Below, in pieces: positions 48,556 through 58,250 of a stretch of DNA of 64,000 nucleotides. The DNA lies in the sequence record NC_049850.1; one strand, 5' to 3'. Position numbers and translations under genes: made by a program. Numbering within the stretch: position 1 is the first letter of the stretch; the number at the start of each line of letters is the position of its first letter. The notes under the pieces are model-generated. The model worked only from the letters and a program-made list of their open reading frames with translations. It ran no database searches and was not told the DNA's origin.

Positions 48556-48564
48556 ATTCTTTCC

Positions 48565-50571
48565 TTATCGCGTGCCGTTGAGCGTGATCGATACGCCGCT
48601 AAAAGTCGTGTCCGTGACGCCCGCAGCGAACGTCATCACGTCGCCTGCTGCAAACGTGACCGGGTTCGATATGTTCACGGTGCCAGTCGACGAGCCCGCA
48701 GGATACGTGATGTCCCCCACCATTACACCGTTCTTGTAGATGCCTATGATCACGATGCCGGTCGTAGCCACCATCGAACTCGACAAGTTTCCGGTGATGC
48801 CGGAGAGTCCAGCAGCGAACGCCACGCTACGCGCGAATATCGTTCGGTAGAACGTAGCACCAGCTACCGGAGTTCCCGGGTAGAACGTCATGATGTCGTA
48901 CGGCTGCGGCGGTATGGTTGCTGTGGGCGGCGCTGTCCATGTGCCGTCTTCACGCAGATACCTAGTGGTGCCAGCCGTCGAACCCGGGCTCGGAACAAGA
49001 CCGTTTTTGGCGTTGACGCCGGACGGCCCGAACGTCGGAACGTTCATCTGGATCGACACGTTGTCGTTGCCATCGGCCCCGACTATGATGTTGCTGTCGT
49101 ATGCCACGATCTTGCGGAAACGAGTCTTGCCCGAGCCGTCGTTTGCGGCCGACATAACCGACGTGCCTGACGGTGCCGTGTTGTCGTAGGGTACAAGGTT
49201 CACGTTGCCGTTGCCGTCTGGCGACGCCCCGTTGACGGTCTTGACAGTTCCCGACGCCGTGATGTTGACCGTACCGTCTGCCGCCATCGACATGCCGGTC
49301 CCTAGCTTGATGCCGCCTAGGACCGTACTCGATGCTTGTGGCAGCGTGTACGGGGCCGGTATAGTAGGCAGTCCTAGCAAGTCTGAGTAGTTGCCAGTCT
49401 TAGCCACGGTGGCCAGATTCTGAACGTCGCTGGCTCGAATGGTCAACACATAGTTGCCTGTGTTGTCTGGGGCCGTCCCATTGATGCTAAGCACACCCAA
49501 GTTTGTGATCGTACTGTTCGTATAGTCGATCCCACGGCCTGCCGTGATGCCTTGACCCAAGTTCGAGCGTATATCGTCGAGCACCGCCTGAAGGTTCTTG
49601 CCGTAAGTAGTGCCAACGAGTGCTGCGCCACCTGCGCTACCCAGATCGGATTCAGCCACCACGTCAGCGATCCGGAGTGCGTTGATCTCGACCGTGACGA
49701 GCGGCGCTCCGGCCACGACCATGGCCGCGACTTCGGGGGCGAGCACGATCTGAACGCCGCCCGTGCCGTCATAGGCCAGTCGTTCGAGATATGCACCCAT
49801 CAAATAAACGTCAACGACGTTCGGGGTAAAGCCGCCGGGTATCACGAACGTGCCCTGACCATCGGCGGTCGCGTACACGATCTTGATGGTGCGTCGGTTC
49901 AGGTCCCCACTCACTATCAGGTTATCGTTAGGATCACGATCGATTGTGATGTTGGCACCCGCTACCAGTGTTCGGAACTTCATGCGCGCGTCATGCGCGC
50001 CAGAGTCCGAGATCAACGAGTTGCCGGTTCCGGGGTGTGCATCGACAGCCTCGATGGTGAGACTGCCGTCCCCCATTGGGTACATGTCGTTGATACGAAG
50101 GACGCCTGTGTTATTGACCCTGATGGTGCTGCCCGTGTTGTCGATGCCGATGCCGGGGCCGCCCTCGATCACCACCTCGCCTGTCTTGTTGTTGACACTG
50201 GTGACAATACCCTTGATGGGCATTGGATCAGTAGTCGAGTGCACGACGAACGTGATCTGCACTACTGCGGTGTCAGTGTCCGAGCGGTTGGTGATGAAGA
50301 ACTGATCTACCGGATCGTCAATGGACAGTTGCTGATCGACCGCTACTGCTGTTGGGGTTCCGGTCCCTACCACAGTCGACACAAACACAGGCTTGTCCGT
50401 GCTGATCGTGAGCGCCGAGAACCCAACATCCGCATCCCATTGCTGCCCCGGCTTCAGGACAATAGTCTGGTTGATGGTCTGATTGGCGTAGTACTTTGCC
50501 ACCAGATTCTCGTTGATGACTGGAACACCGGAGCCGCGAGTGCCTGTCTTGATTACGAAGCTGTCGCCCAT
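48565..50571 (-). CDS. 668-aa accessory fibre protein
   Basis: VTSVN..TG, LATVAKTGNYSDL and TLPQAS..LGGIK fibre repeats; C-terminal PYDI tip domain. Confidence 0.7.
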   Translation of the reverse strand: MGDSFVIKTGTRGSGVPVINENLVAKYYANQTINQTIVLKPGQQWDADVGFSALTISTDKPVFVSTVVGTGTPTAVAVDQQLSIDDPVDQFFITNRSDTDTAVVQITFVVHSTTDPMPIKGIVTSVNNKTGEVVIEGGPGIGIDNTGSTIRVNNTGVLRINDMYPMGDGSLTIEAVDAHPGTGNSLISDSGAHDARMKFRTLVAGANITIDRDPNDNLIVSGDLNRRTIKIVYATADGQGTFVIPGGFTPNVVDVYLMGAYLERLAYDGTGGVQIVLAPEVAAMVVAGAPLVTVEINALRIADVVAESDLGSAGGAALVGTTYGKNLQAVLDDIRSNLGQGITAGRGIDYTNSTITNLGVLSINGTAPDNTGNYVLTIRASDVQNLATVAKTGNYSDLLGLPTIPAPYTLPQASSTVLGGIKLGTGMSMAADGTVNITASGTVKTVNGASPDGNGNVNLVPYDNTAPSGTSVMSAANDGSGKTRFRKIVAYDSNIIVGADGNDNVSIQMNVPTFGPSGVNAKNGLVPSPGSTAGTTRYLREDGTWTAPPTATIPPQPYDIMTFYPGTPVAGATFYRTIFARSVAFAAGLSGITGNLSSSMVATTGIVIIGIYKNGVMVGDITYPAGSSTGTVNISNPVTFAAGDVMTFAAGVTDTTFSGVSITLNGTR

Positions 50572-50599
50572 AATTATCTCCGTTATGATGCTCTACTAA

Positions 50600-50609
50600 C
50601 TAAAATTAC
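50600..50609 (-). promoter_or_regulatory. class B motif GTAATTTTAG
   Basis: About 30 nt upstream of minus-strand ORF 50571; a second copy CCAATTTTAG at 50686-50695. Confidence 0.4.
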
Positions 50610-50614
50610 ACACC

Positions 50615-50643
50615 AAAAGAAAAACCCGGCTCGGGGCCGGGTT
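50615..50643 (-). terminator. intrinsic terminator
   Basis: AACCCGGC / GCCGGGTT stem with a U-rich tail on the minus strand. Confidence 0.7.
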
Positions 50644-50729
50644 CTTCTGCGTGCCGCCTATTAATGTACCCATTGCATAGATACACTAAAATTGGCTGTT
50701 CGGTTATTGCCAATACAGGGCCCTATTCG

Positions 50730-51848
50730 CTACGCGGTTGGCAATTCTGCGTTTACGGTCATGCCAAAACTACAGGTTCCGAAGCCTCCTAGTAGTTGGT
50801 TACCGGCAGGCAAGTTCAGGCGCACTGCGTTGTTCGTCTGTGAGGCCACGGTCGGATTGCCTGAGCTAAGGTTGGATACAGACACACCGCTGAACGCAAG
50901 CGTCGGGTTGCTGATACGCTTGTACTCGTACTGCGCCGTCATCTGCGGAACCTGTCCGTTGCCTACCTGTCCGGACCACGCGAAAGGTGTTCCAGAGAAC
51001 GCTTCGTAGTAGAACAGACAGTCGTTGAGCATGGACGCTAGGTCGCGAAACTCGTAGCCCGTAAATTGCGGCCCGAACTCAAGCTGAACTTCAGACAGCA
51101 GCGCCGTGAACGTGCCGGGAGACGCAGCAGTAGCAATCTGCAATCTCAGGTAGTGGTTGGTCCCCAGAGTTTTGCCCACAACCGAGGGCAGCGCAAACGT
51201 CTGCTGACACCGCGTCCACGTGTTGGCGGCCACCGCTATAGCCGAGCCCGCAAGCGCCACCGTCGACGAGCCGCCACTCCCGAAGTTCTGGAATAGCGAA
51301 GGCGTAAACGACATGGCCTTAGTCGTGTTCACGTAGAACGACACGGTTACGTTCTGGCCCGCTAGTGTTGACACGTCATTTATGGACTGCGAAACATACG
51401 GAGTGCCGGTGCCAGATGTTTCTTGCCACGACAGATAGCTGATCTCGTTATTCGAGGTTCCTGTGGCCATGCTGACCGTAGCCCCGTTGCTGAACATGTA
51501 CCAACGATCAGCCACAAACCCGGCAATGGCACCGGACGCCGGATTGCCGTACTGGTTGAGCCGGAAGCGCCCGTTGATGACACGGTTCTTTATAGAGCCA
51601 AGCGCGAAGTTGCCTGTGCTATCTGGACTCACCCCGTTGATCGTTTTCACCAACTGGTTGGTCGTATTGGTCGACGTATAGGCGGTGGCCGTGACCGCAG
51701 CACTTGCCAGCAACCGAACTGCGCCAGACGAATCCAGCGTATAGAGGTTGGCGTCGGCGGTGTTGATGGCCAGTTGCCCGGCCACCAAGTTGTCGACAGC
51801 GGGCGGCAAACCCGCTGTCGAGTTACGAAGGTGTTTTACGACGGTCAT
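50730..51848 (-). CDS. distal fibre subunit: gp37-like N-domain plus carbohydrate-binding jelly-roll tip
   Basis: GQLAINTAD; NRVINGRF...ADRW...VQLE.G. Confidence 0.7.
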   Translation of the reverse strand: MTVVKHLRNSTAGLPPAVDNLVAGQLAINTADANLYTLDSSGAVRLLASAAVTATAYTSTNTTNQLVKTINGVSPDSTGNFALGSIKNRVINGRFRLNQYGNPASGAIAGFVADRWYMFSNGATVSMATGTSNNEISYLSWQETSGTGTPYVSQSINDVSTLAGQNVTVSFYVNTTKAMSFTPSLFQNFGSGGSSTVALAGSAIAVAANTWTRCQQTFALPSVVGKTLGTNHYLRLQIATAASPGTFTALLSEVQLEFGPQFTGYEFRDLASMLNDCLFYYEAFSGTPFAWSGQVGNGQVPQMTAQYEYKRISNPTLAFSGVSVSNLSSGNPTVASQTNNAVRLNLPAGNQLLGGFGTCSFGMTVNAELPTA

Positions 51849-51861
51849 CAGTACACCTCAA

Positions 51862-52977
51862 TTAAGTCCCGGAGTAGGTGCCCTCGTCGAGCGTCAGGAC
51901 CGAAGTGTTGACCGAAAACACACCGCCCGCAACGGAAAGGCCCGAGCCCGCCTGTGCCAGACCGAGCGCCGCTGCCGATCCTACCGGCAGATTCGCTGTG
52001 GGCACTGTGGTTACCCACGTTGGCACATTGGACGCGTTGGTGGTCAGCACCGAGTTAGCTGCGGCACCCGCACCTTCCTGCGCGGCGCTGAGCGTCGATA
52101 CCCATGTCGGGGCACCGCTACCGTTCGTGGTCAACACATCGCCGTTACCAGCACCCGAGCCGAGTTGCGCAGCCGCAAAGGTTCCGGTCGTGATGTCTGC
52201 GGCACCAAGAACAACGGTGCCCGTCTTGCCGTTGACCGACGAGACCAGCGCGGAACTCTCGACGGTTCCCCACACGGTGCCGTTCGAGATAAGCCAGTCG
52301 CCCGTGCTGAACGTGAGTGCCGGTTGGCCTGTGCCCGGAGGCGAGTACGTGCCTGCCGCAGTTGCTATGTAGTACCAACCTTGGTTGCCCGAGGCCGCAG
52401 CCGGTAGCGTACTCGTGCCCGGTACGAAAGTCCCTTGGTACTGCACGGCACCCACAATAGAAGCCGGTAGATAGGACACGGGAATCTTGCTGCCCGAATC
52501 CAGAGGTGCCACACCGTTTGCGGCACCAACGCTAGAGGTAGCGACACCGCCAAGCGTAGTGAGCGCGGCCGAGGCCGAGGCCGCCGTCAGCAGCGCGGAG
52601 CCCGTTGCCGTAGCCCCGATTGCGGTCTGCACTGCTGCGGTTGTTGCGGCCGTGAACACGCCGATACCGACTGACGTACCACCCAGCGTGTTGAGGGCCG
52701 CGCTCTGGTTGGCGGCCGTGAACAAGGCGTTACCGACCGTCGTGGCTCCCAAGTTCGTGGGAGTCAATGCCACGTTCCCCGACGACGGCGATACTCCGTT
52801 GACCGAAGTAACCGTCCCGTTCGCGCCGGAATAGAATGTGGCAATCGAGTTGTCTGCGCCAAGAATGAAGATTTTCTTGTCGGCTGCGTTGATTGCGATT
52901 TGGCCGACCACCAGTTCTGTGGTGCTCGGTACTAGACCTGCGGTGCTGTTATGCAGATGTATTAGCTTTGCTGCCAT
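51862..52977 (-). CDS. middle fibre subunit: gp37-like N-domain, Ala/Gly/Thr shaft, C-terminal LDEGTY
   Basis: GQIAINAADKK; VTSVNG; YQGTF..GQGWYY. Confidence 0.7.
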   Translation of the reverse strand: MAAKLIHLHNSTAGLVPSTTELVVGQIAINAADKKIFILGADNSIATFYSGANGTVTSVNGVSPSSGNVALTPTNLGATTVGNALFTAANQSAALNTLGGTSVGIGVFTAATTAAVQTAIGATATGSALLTAASASAALTTLGGVATSSVGAANGVAPLDSGSKIPVSYLPASIVGAVQYQGTFVPGTSTLPAAASGNQGWYYIATAAGTYSPPGTGQPALTFSTGDWLISNGTVWGTVESSALVSSVNGKTGTVVLGAADITTGTFAAAQLGSGAGNGDVLTTNGSGAPTWVSTLSAAQEGAGAAANSVLTTNASNVPTWVTTVPTANLPVGSAAALGLAQAGSGLSVAGGVFSVNTSVLTLDEGTYSGT

Positions 52978-52988
52978 TTTTGGTTCTC

Positions 52989-53543
52989 TCAGTGCCCTAC
53001 GAATGCACCCTCATTGAGGGAAGATTGGATATCCTGCCAAGCGGCATTACTTCGTACGTATACCTTACTGTCTACAGGCGCGTCTCCTATTCCGCTGATA
53101 GCGGATGTTGGTGTTATTGGGGACACGCGACTGACCAAATACATGTCCCCGTTGGTAGCAGGTTGGTTCAGAGAGATTCCAGCAGCAGTAGACGAGAACG
53201 CAGTTGTCTTGTAGCCGTTCTTGTACACAGAGAGCAGTGCAGCACCACTGTTCCCTATGGGAATGAGGTTGTCGCCGGGATTGGCAACATACAAGAAGGC
53301 GTCAGATAGCGCGAATAGCTGCTGGCATATTAGTTGGTAGTCCAGAATAAACTGCCATCTGGACTTGGTGTCCGACCACTGGTAGGCCCCGGGGCTAAAG
53401 ACGCCGACGCTTTGGGTCAGTATCAGATTGAGGCCCCTCGTATCTGGGTACGCGGGCAGCGTGTCAACCAGTGGGGCAAACGCATTTGTGATGCCACCAT
53501 TGGATCGGACTATCGAATACGGGAAAAACAGAGCGACTGACAT
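52989..53543 (-). CDS. short fibre anchor protein with foldon-like motif
   Basis: N-domain paralogous to ORF 61884; GIGDAPVDSKVYVRSNAAW; ends LNEGAF. Confidence 0.6.
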   Translation of the reverse strand: MSVALFFPYSIVRSNGGITNAFAPLVDTLPAYPDTRGLNLILTQSVGVFSPGAYQWSDTKSRWQFILDYQLICQQLFALSDAFLYVANPGDNLIPIGNSGAALLSVYKNGYKTTAFSSTAAGISLNQPATNGDMYLVSRVSPITPTSAISGIGDAPVDSKVYVRSNAAWQDIQSSLNEGAFVGH

Positions 53544-53614
53544 GATTGTTTTTAGTTCTAAGTTTGCACTTCAGTGGTGGTCTCCACGTGTACTACTGGG
53601 GCCCCCGCCCCGAT

Positions 53615-54100
53615 TTACTGCGCTGTTGCTACAAGCCGTGCAGCGGCCCCCAGCCCACTGTCAAGCGCCGGTTGATCCTGCGGAATCTCGGTACTGTTCG
53701 TGAACAGGGACCAGTTTGCATCGGCCGCTGTCTCGGTCTTGTTTGCGTCTTTGTTCTGTTCTTCAGGCGTCTTGCCGTCACGCACACCATACGCGTCGTC
53801 GAGCGCTTTCTTGGCATCGTAGAGCCGCGATTTATCCGCGCCTTGCAGATTGCGGCCCTTGCGATTGATGAACCCATTCAACTTCGAACTGGCTTCGCCT
53901 CGATCTTCTGAGTGCTGCTTGAGTTGGCGCGCGATCTCGCTGGGGCTCTCGGTGAACGTGCCCTTCGGCAATTCTGATCCTGCGCGTCGGCCCTTGCCTC
54001 GGTACTGCTGGTCCATGCGCTGCTGCCACGTCTTGTCCTGATCCTGCTTAGGCGGGTCCGTGATTTGGCGCTCAGCCAGCAGCCTATAGGCTGCTTTCAT
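53615..54100 (-). CDS. second DUF3175-like protein
   Basis: LPKGTFTESPSEIA...LNGFINRKGRNL...L.DAK; GGAGAAGG RBS before ATG 54100. Confidence 0.6.
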   Translation of the reverse strand: MKAAYRLLAERQITDPPKQDQDKTWQQRMDQQYRGKGRRAGSELPKGTFTESPSEIARQLKQHSEDRGEASSKLNGFINRKGRNLQGADKSRLYDAKKALDDAYGVRDGKTPEEQNKDANKTETAADANWSLFTNSTEIPQDQPALDSGLGAAARLVATAQ

Positions 54101-54124
54101 AACCTTCTCCATGTTCTCTGGCTG

Positions 54125-54157
54125 CAATAAAATTGGGACGCCTCAGCGTCCCAATTT
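54125..54157 (-). terminator. intrinsic terminator overlapping class B motif (54127-54136)
   Basis: 12-bp perfect stem AAATTGGGACGC / GCGTCCCAATTT right after the stop of ORF 54446. Confidence 0.7.
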
Positions 54158-54158
54158 G

Positions 54159-54446
54159 TTAAGTCGCCGATGTATCGCTTGGCGGTACAGGCAATAGCTG
54201 TAGTATGTAGGCCGTGTACGGCCGCACAATTGTCGTGTTGCCTATGTGCTCGGTCTCGTAGTACGTACGCTCATCGTAGTGCAGTTCACGACTCGTACCA
54301 AGTGCCGCTGGATCGAGTATCAGGACCCCATAGTTGAACTCGATTAGGTAGTCGTCCGGAACACTTGCGAGTACGTCAGGCCACTCTGTTTCGTCCCACG
54401 TCGCTACGTAGAACGTTTTGCTTATATCATCCTTGTAGGTGTCCAT
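54159..54446 (-). CDS. hypothetical protein
   Basis: 95-aa acidic ORF with AAGGA RBS. Confidence 0.55.
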   Translation of the reverse strand: MDTYKDDISKTFYVATWDETEWPDVLASVPDDYLIEFNYGVLILDPAALGTSRELHYDERTYYETEHIGNTTIVRPYTAYILQLLPVPPSDTSAT

Positions 54447-54455
54447 ATGTTCCTT

Positions 54456-54821
54456 TTAACTCGGTGTGAACCAAGTAATAGTGGTCATTGGTTTAGCTGG
54501 GTCCAAGGTTGTCTGCGCTATGACCTCCAGCGTAACACCACTGTCTTGTGTGGTATACGGAAGGCCCGCTATGACTTCCATGGATACACCATAATCGTTT
54601 GCCGGAATTAGGCCGGACGCCAACACCTCCATTTGAACCGCATAGTCATTCGCATTGAGCGGGGGTATGATCAGGACTTGTCGTGCTACAGCCTGACTCT
54701 TAACCGCCGATGACTGCGACAGTAGAACCTGCCGCGCTACTGCCCTAGCAGTAGACGCGGGAGATTGAACCGTGAGTAGCTGTCTGGCTAGGGCTTGGGC
54801 CTTTACTGGGTTACCTGCCAT
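54456..54821 (-). CDS. 121-aa protein of six tandem beta repeats
   Basis: AQALARQLL / AVARQVLL / AVARQVLI, then NDYAVQMEVLA / NDYGVSMEVIA / QDSGVTLEVIA. Confidence 0.6.
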   Translation of the reverse strand: MAGNPVKAQALARQLLTVQSPASTARAVARQVLLSQSSAVKSQAVARQVLIIPPLNANDYAVQMEVLASGLIPANDYGVSMEVIAGLPYTTQDSGVTLEVIAQTTLDPAKPMTTITWFTPS

Positions 54822-54835
54822 GGGCTACTCCGTGA

Positions 54836-57088
54836 TTACGTTATGTGGTTCAAAGCAAACTGCGAGGCTTTGATCGAGTTGGTGGTCCACGCCTTGTTGC
54901 CGTTCGGATCGATATCAGACAGAACCGACACGTATGTAGGAGTCGTACCTGACACCGTGACTTGCGAACTGTCCGTTTCAGCACCGCTACTCCGCAACCC
55001 GACGCTAACAACCGGGGCCGTGGTCGAGGTTTTGGTGAAATACGTCTCCACCAACTGTGCCCGAGCCGTATAGCCTGCCGGAATCGTGTCTGCCGAAGAG
55101 TACACGTCAACGTCTCCGGAGTTCGAGGACGCTACGTTCTTCGAACTCAGGCTCGATAGTGCAGCCTGATTCACTGCGCTGGCGTTAGTGCCCGAGCCAC
55201 CGGTCGGGACCCATTGGGCCTGAACATCGGCATTGGGACGCTGAACCGCGATGTTGATTTGACCGAGGTTACCGCTAAGGCCGGTGCCGTCTTCGAGCGT
55301 CACGTAGATATCGTCGATTGCGGTAAAGCACCCCGAACGTTGGAAGCCGATCAGGAACAGGCCCGTCGTGTCGATGTTGCGTGTGAACTGATAGGTGAAC
55401 TTCGAGCCGATCTGCACACCGTCAATGTACATGTACACATCGAACTGGTTGACTGACGCGCTGTTCTTGACATACCGCATTTCGAAGTAGTGATACAGGT
55501 TCGACGTTGCAGACAGCGATCCTGTCAGATACGTTGTGCTGTTTCCTACCGAATCCAGAATACCCCACTGACGATTGCCACCAGAGGCCCCCGCCACGAA
55601 TAGGTGCAAGAATCCACCGTACGTGTTGAAGACCGTAAACTGGCCGTTCGCGGCGGGCGCTCCGGATGCAGATACCACCAGACCGCTGCCAACACCACCT
55701 GTCAATCCAGTTGCTGTGGCGTCGAGCGCCTCGTATACGTTCAGCGCCTGCCAATTGGTCACCATGTCTGGGGTGGTGGCGATAATACCGGTAACGGAGC
55801 TTGAGAACAGTACGTATTTGCTACCGTCATACAGATAATTTGTATAGCCGCCGGTCGCGACGTTCGTGAGTGGAGTGCCCACCAGAGTCCATGTAACACC
55901 ATCTAGTGTGCTGTATACCGACCCACCGTTTGTCACCGCATAGAGCGTGCTGCCGACCAGTATAAGCTGGGTCGGCAGTACTGGCAAACTCAGACCCAGC
56001 GTCATCGTCACTGTTCCGGACAGCGGACTAGGCGTTCCGGGAGTGCCGCCCGGATTGGCCGCGTACATAAGGCCCATGTTCGTGGCAAACACATAGCGAT
56101 TCGCAGCGGGCAAGAACGCCATATCCGTAATGTAGTTACCACTTGGACCCGGTGCCGTCCAACCCGTGGCGGTCACCGTGAAGCTGGTCCACGCGCCCGA
56201 TGTGTTCAGCGCTGAGTTTGCGGCAACTGCCATCAGCCCGTAACCGGAGTAGAAAAGAGCAACAACACCACTGCTACCGCCCAACAAACGACTTACGGTA
56301 GAAACCGCGTTAATGGCTTGAGTTGCACCGCCCCCGCTCGACGCTAGGGTAAAGTTGCCAGCGCCCTTCTTGGCGTCCCCCACCATTGCATACATGATGC
56401 CCTGAAATCCTGAACTGGTATTGGATATCACTGGAACAACATGAGGAAACGCCGAGTTGCCGGTGTCCACTGGACACATTGGGCTGGAAACCGACGCACT
56501 CGGAGTGACTGGTAGTGCTACGTTAGTCCAAGACGAACCGTTATTCGTTGAGTAGTTTATAGCCGTCGTATTAGTGCTTGTGTTGGAGACAACCAGCGGC
56601 ACGCTAGACGTTTGGGAGTACGTCATAGCTAGGGCACCAGATATCTGTGCTGGCGTGTCCGTCCAGTTGATCAGGTCTGGCGACGTGCTGATGTTCGTGC
56701 CTGTTGCCCGACGGAACCCCCAGTAACGGGTTCCGTCAAAACCGCACCCTTGGCCCAGTGCTGCGCTAACGTAATACCCAGCGTTGCTGTTGAGTTTGGC
56801 ACCAAAACCGAGTGTGATACCGCCCGCGTTCCAAGCCTGTTGAACTGTGTAGCCCGTATTGTAGTATCCCCACGTCTGGTCAGCAGCAGCGCCCCACAGA
56901 GCCGACGATGCAGCAGACGACTGAAACGCACCCACGGGACGCAGTGACGTTCCCGGGACGTTAGTAACGCTAGGCGCAAACGTCACCTTCTTGGTTGTGG
57001 GAGCCTGTGGGGAAACGCTCCAGTTTTGCAGCCGCAGGTCGCTGTCGTCGCGGGTCGTTTCAAAACCCTGCATGTATTTGAGACTCAT
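54836..57088 (-). CDS. LamG-like lectin with inserted Asp-box beta-propeller
   Basis: N-terminal MQGFE; YHYFEM...YIDG..IDDIYV; Asp-box-like STNNGSSW and STLDGVTW. Confidence 0.55.
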   Translation of the reverse strand: MSLKYMQGFETTRDDSDLRLQNWSVSPQAPTTKKVTFAPSVTNVPGTSLRPVGAFQSSAASSALWGAAADQTWGYYNTGYTVQQAWNAGGITLGFGAKLNSNAGYYVSAALGQGCGFDGTRYWGFRRATGTNISTSPDLINWTDTPAQISGALAMTYSQTSSVPLVVSNTSTNTTAINYSTNNGSSWTNVALPVTPSASVSSPMCPVDTGNSAFPHVVPVISNTSSGFQGIMYAMVGDAKKGAGNFTLASSGGGATQAINAVSTVSRLLGGSSGVVALFYSGYGLMAVAANSALNTSGAWTSFTVTATGWTAPGPSGNYITDMAFLPAANRYVFATNMGLMYAANPGGTPGTPSPLSGTVTMTLGLSLPVLPTQLILVGSTLYAVTNGGSVYSTLDGVTWTLVGTPLTNVATGGYTNYLYDGSKYVLFSSSVTGIIATTPDMVTNWQALNVYEALDATATGLTGGVGSGLVVSASGAPAANGQFTVFNTYGGFLHLFVAGASGGNRQWGILDSVGNSTTYLTGSLSATSNLYHYFEMRYVKNSASVNQFDVYMYIDGVQIGSKFTYQFTRNIDTTGLFLIGFQRSGCFTAIDDIYVTLEDGTGLSGNLGQINIAVQRPNADVQAQWVPTGGSGTNASAVNQAALSSLSSKNVASSNSGDVDVYSSADTIPAGYTARAQLVETYFTKTSTTAPVVSVGLRSSGAETDSSQVTVSGTTPTYVSVLSDIDPNGNKAWTTNSIKASQFALNHIT

Positions 57089-57097
57089 ACGTATTCC

Positions 57098-58240
57098 TTA
57101 ACGAGAAGTCTGGCCGAACTCTCCGGCATTCAGACTGGCTGTTGTCCAAGGGTTCGTGCCGTCTGTTTCCGCCACCGATAGATAGCGCGACGGGCCGTTC
57201 GATGTTGTCATTTGCGTCACACCGGACGAGCTTGATGTTTTGAAAGACCCCTGAATGTTCTGATACCGATTCGAGTTGCCACGCATCACGACCGCACGCA
57301 CATCGGATACCGCTGGCACGTTCCACTTGTAAGTGTCCGTCTGACCGGTAGCCGTTGCCGTGACGTAGTTAGCACCCGTGGTATCAGTTGCCGACTGCCA
57401 GTTGGGCTCTGCACCAGATGGAGTCCACTGGGTGACCGATCCGTTGCCAGTTGCCGAGACCGCGTAAATACGGCGTGCCGTGATAGCGGGTTCCGTTTCC
57501 GGGGTCGGCCACACACCAGCACCGAGAGGCCACGCGGCGTCCGCACCCGAAACGTTCTGAACCACGAGGTCATCAACGAAGTAGCTGATGAAGTTCGAGG
57601 CGAAGAACTTGAGGCGGTTCGCGATCTGCCCTGCCGTGAAGTTGTCTGCACTCCACGTCACCGGAATATCCTGCTGCAACGTCGTGCCGTTGATAGTGTA
57701 CGTGGCAGTCAGGACAGCCGACGATGCAGTCGATGTCGTGCTGTAGTACGAGAACTGAAGCTGTACCCAGTAGTACGTGTTCAACTGGATGTTGAAGTTG
57801 TACGGAGAACTGGTCGGGCTGTTGATGTTGGTTACGAACTGGAGGTTCGTGCCGCCCGACGACGAATTGCTGATGTTAAGGAGCGGATACCACGAGCCCG
57901 GAACGCCTGCGGTGCCGAGCGCGAGCAGCGTGCCCGAGCCCGGGTTCATGGTGCCCACGTTCAGCCAGAAGTTGAACGCGAACGCGGCCTTACCGCTGGT
58001 GGCAGTGTTCCCGCGAATCATCTGCATGGTCGACGGGAACTGGTACTCAAAGCCCGAGGTCAGGGACGCCGGAGCGCCCGACACCGGGAACGTAAGCGCC
58101 GCACCGCCAAATGCACCAGCCGACAAGTTCACCTGTCCGGCTATCGAGCTATTCGTCACGAACCATGGGTAGTTTGCGGCAAGCGTGCCCGAAGGGTAGA
58201 TGTCAAACCCCTCGGCCGCTGCAATAAATTGTGCTGCCAT
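57098..58240 (-). CDS. ConA/laminin-G-like lectin protein
   Basis: N-terminal AEGFD; YYWVQ...FVDDLVV; C-terminal GNGSVTQWTP..PNW domain paralogous to ORF 48555. Confidence 0.6.
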   Translation of the reverse strand: MAAQFIAAAEGFDIYPSGTLAANYPWFVTNSSIAGQVNLSAGAFGGAALTFPVSGAPASLTSGFEYQFPSTMQMIRGNTATSGKAAFAFNFWLNVGTMNPGSGTLLALGTAGVPGSWYPLLNISNSSSGGTNLQFVTNINSPTSSPYNFNIQLNTYYWVQLQFSYYSTTSTASSAVLTATYTINGTTLQQDIPVTWSADNFTAGQIANRLKFFASNFISYFVDDLVVQNVSGADAAWPLGAGVWPTPETEPAITARRIYAVSATGNGSVTQWTPSGAEPNWQSATDTTGANYVTATATGQTDTYKWNVPAVSDVRAVVMRGNSNRYQNIQGSFKTSSSSGVTQMTTSNGPSRYLSVAETDGTNPWTTASLNAGEFGQTSR

Positions 58241-58250
58241 TTGTTACTCC

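Noticed and set aside
53546-53911. 121-aa + strand ORF
   Set aside because: Antisense to the DUF3175-like gene, with no supporting features.
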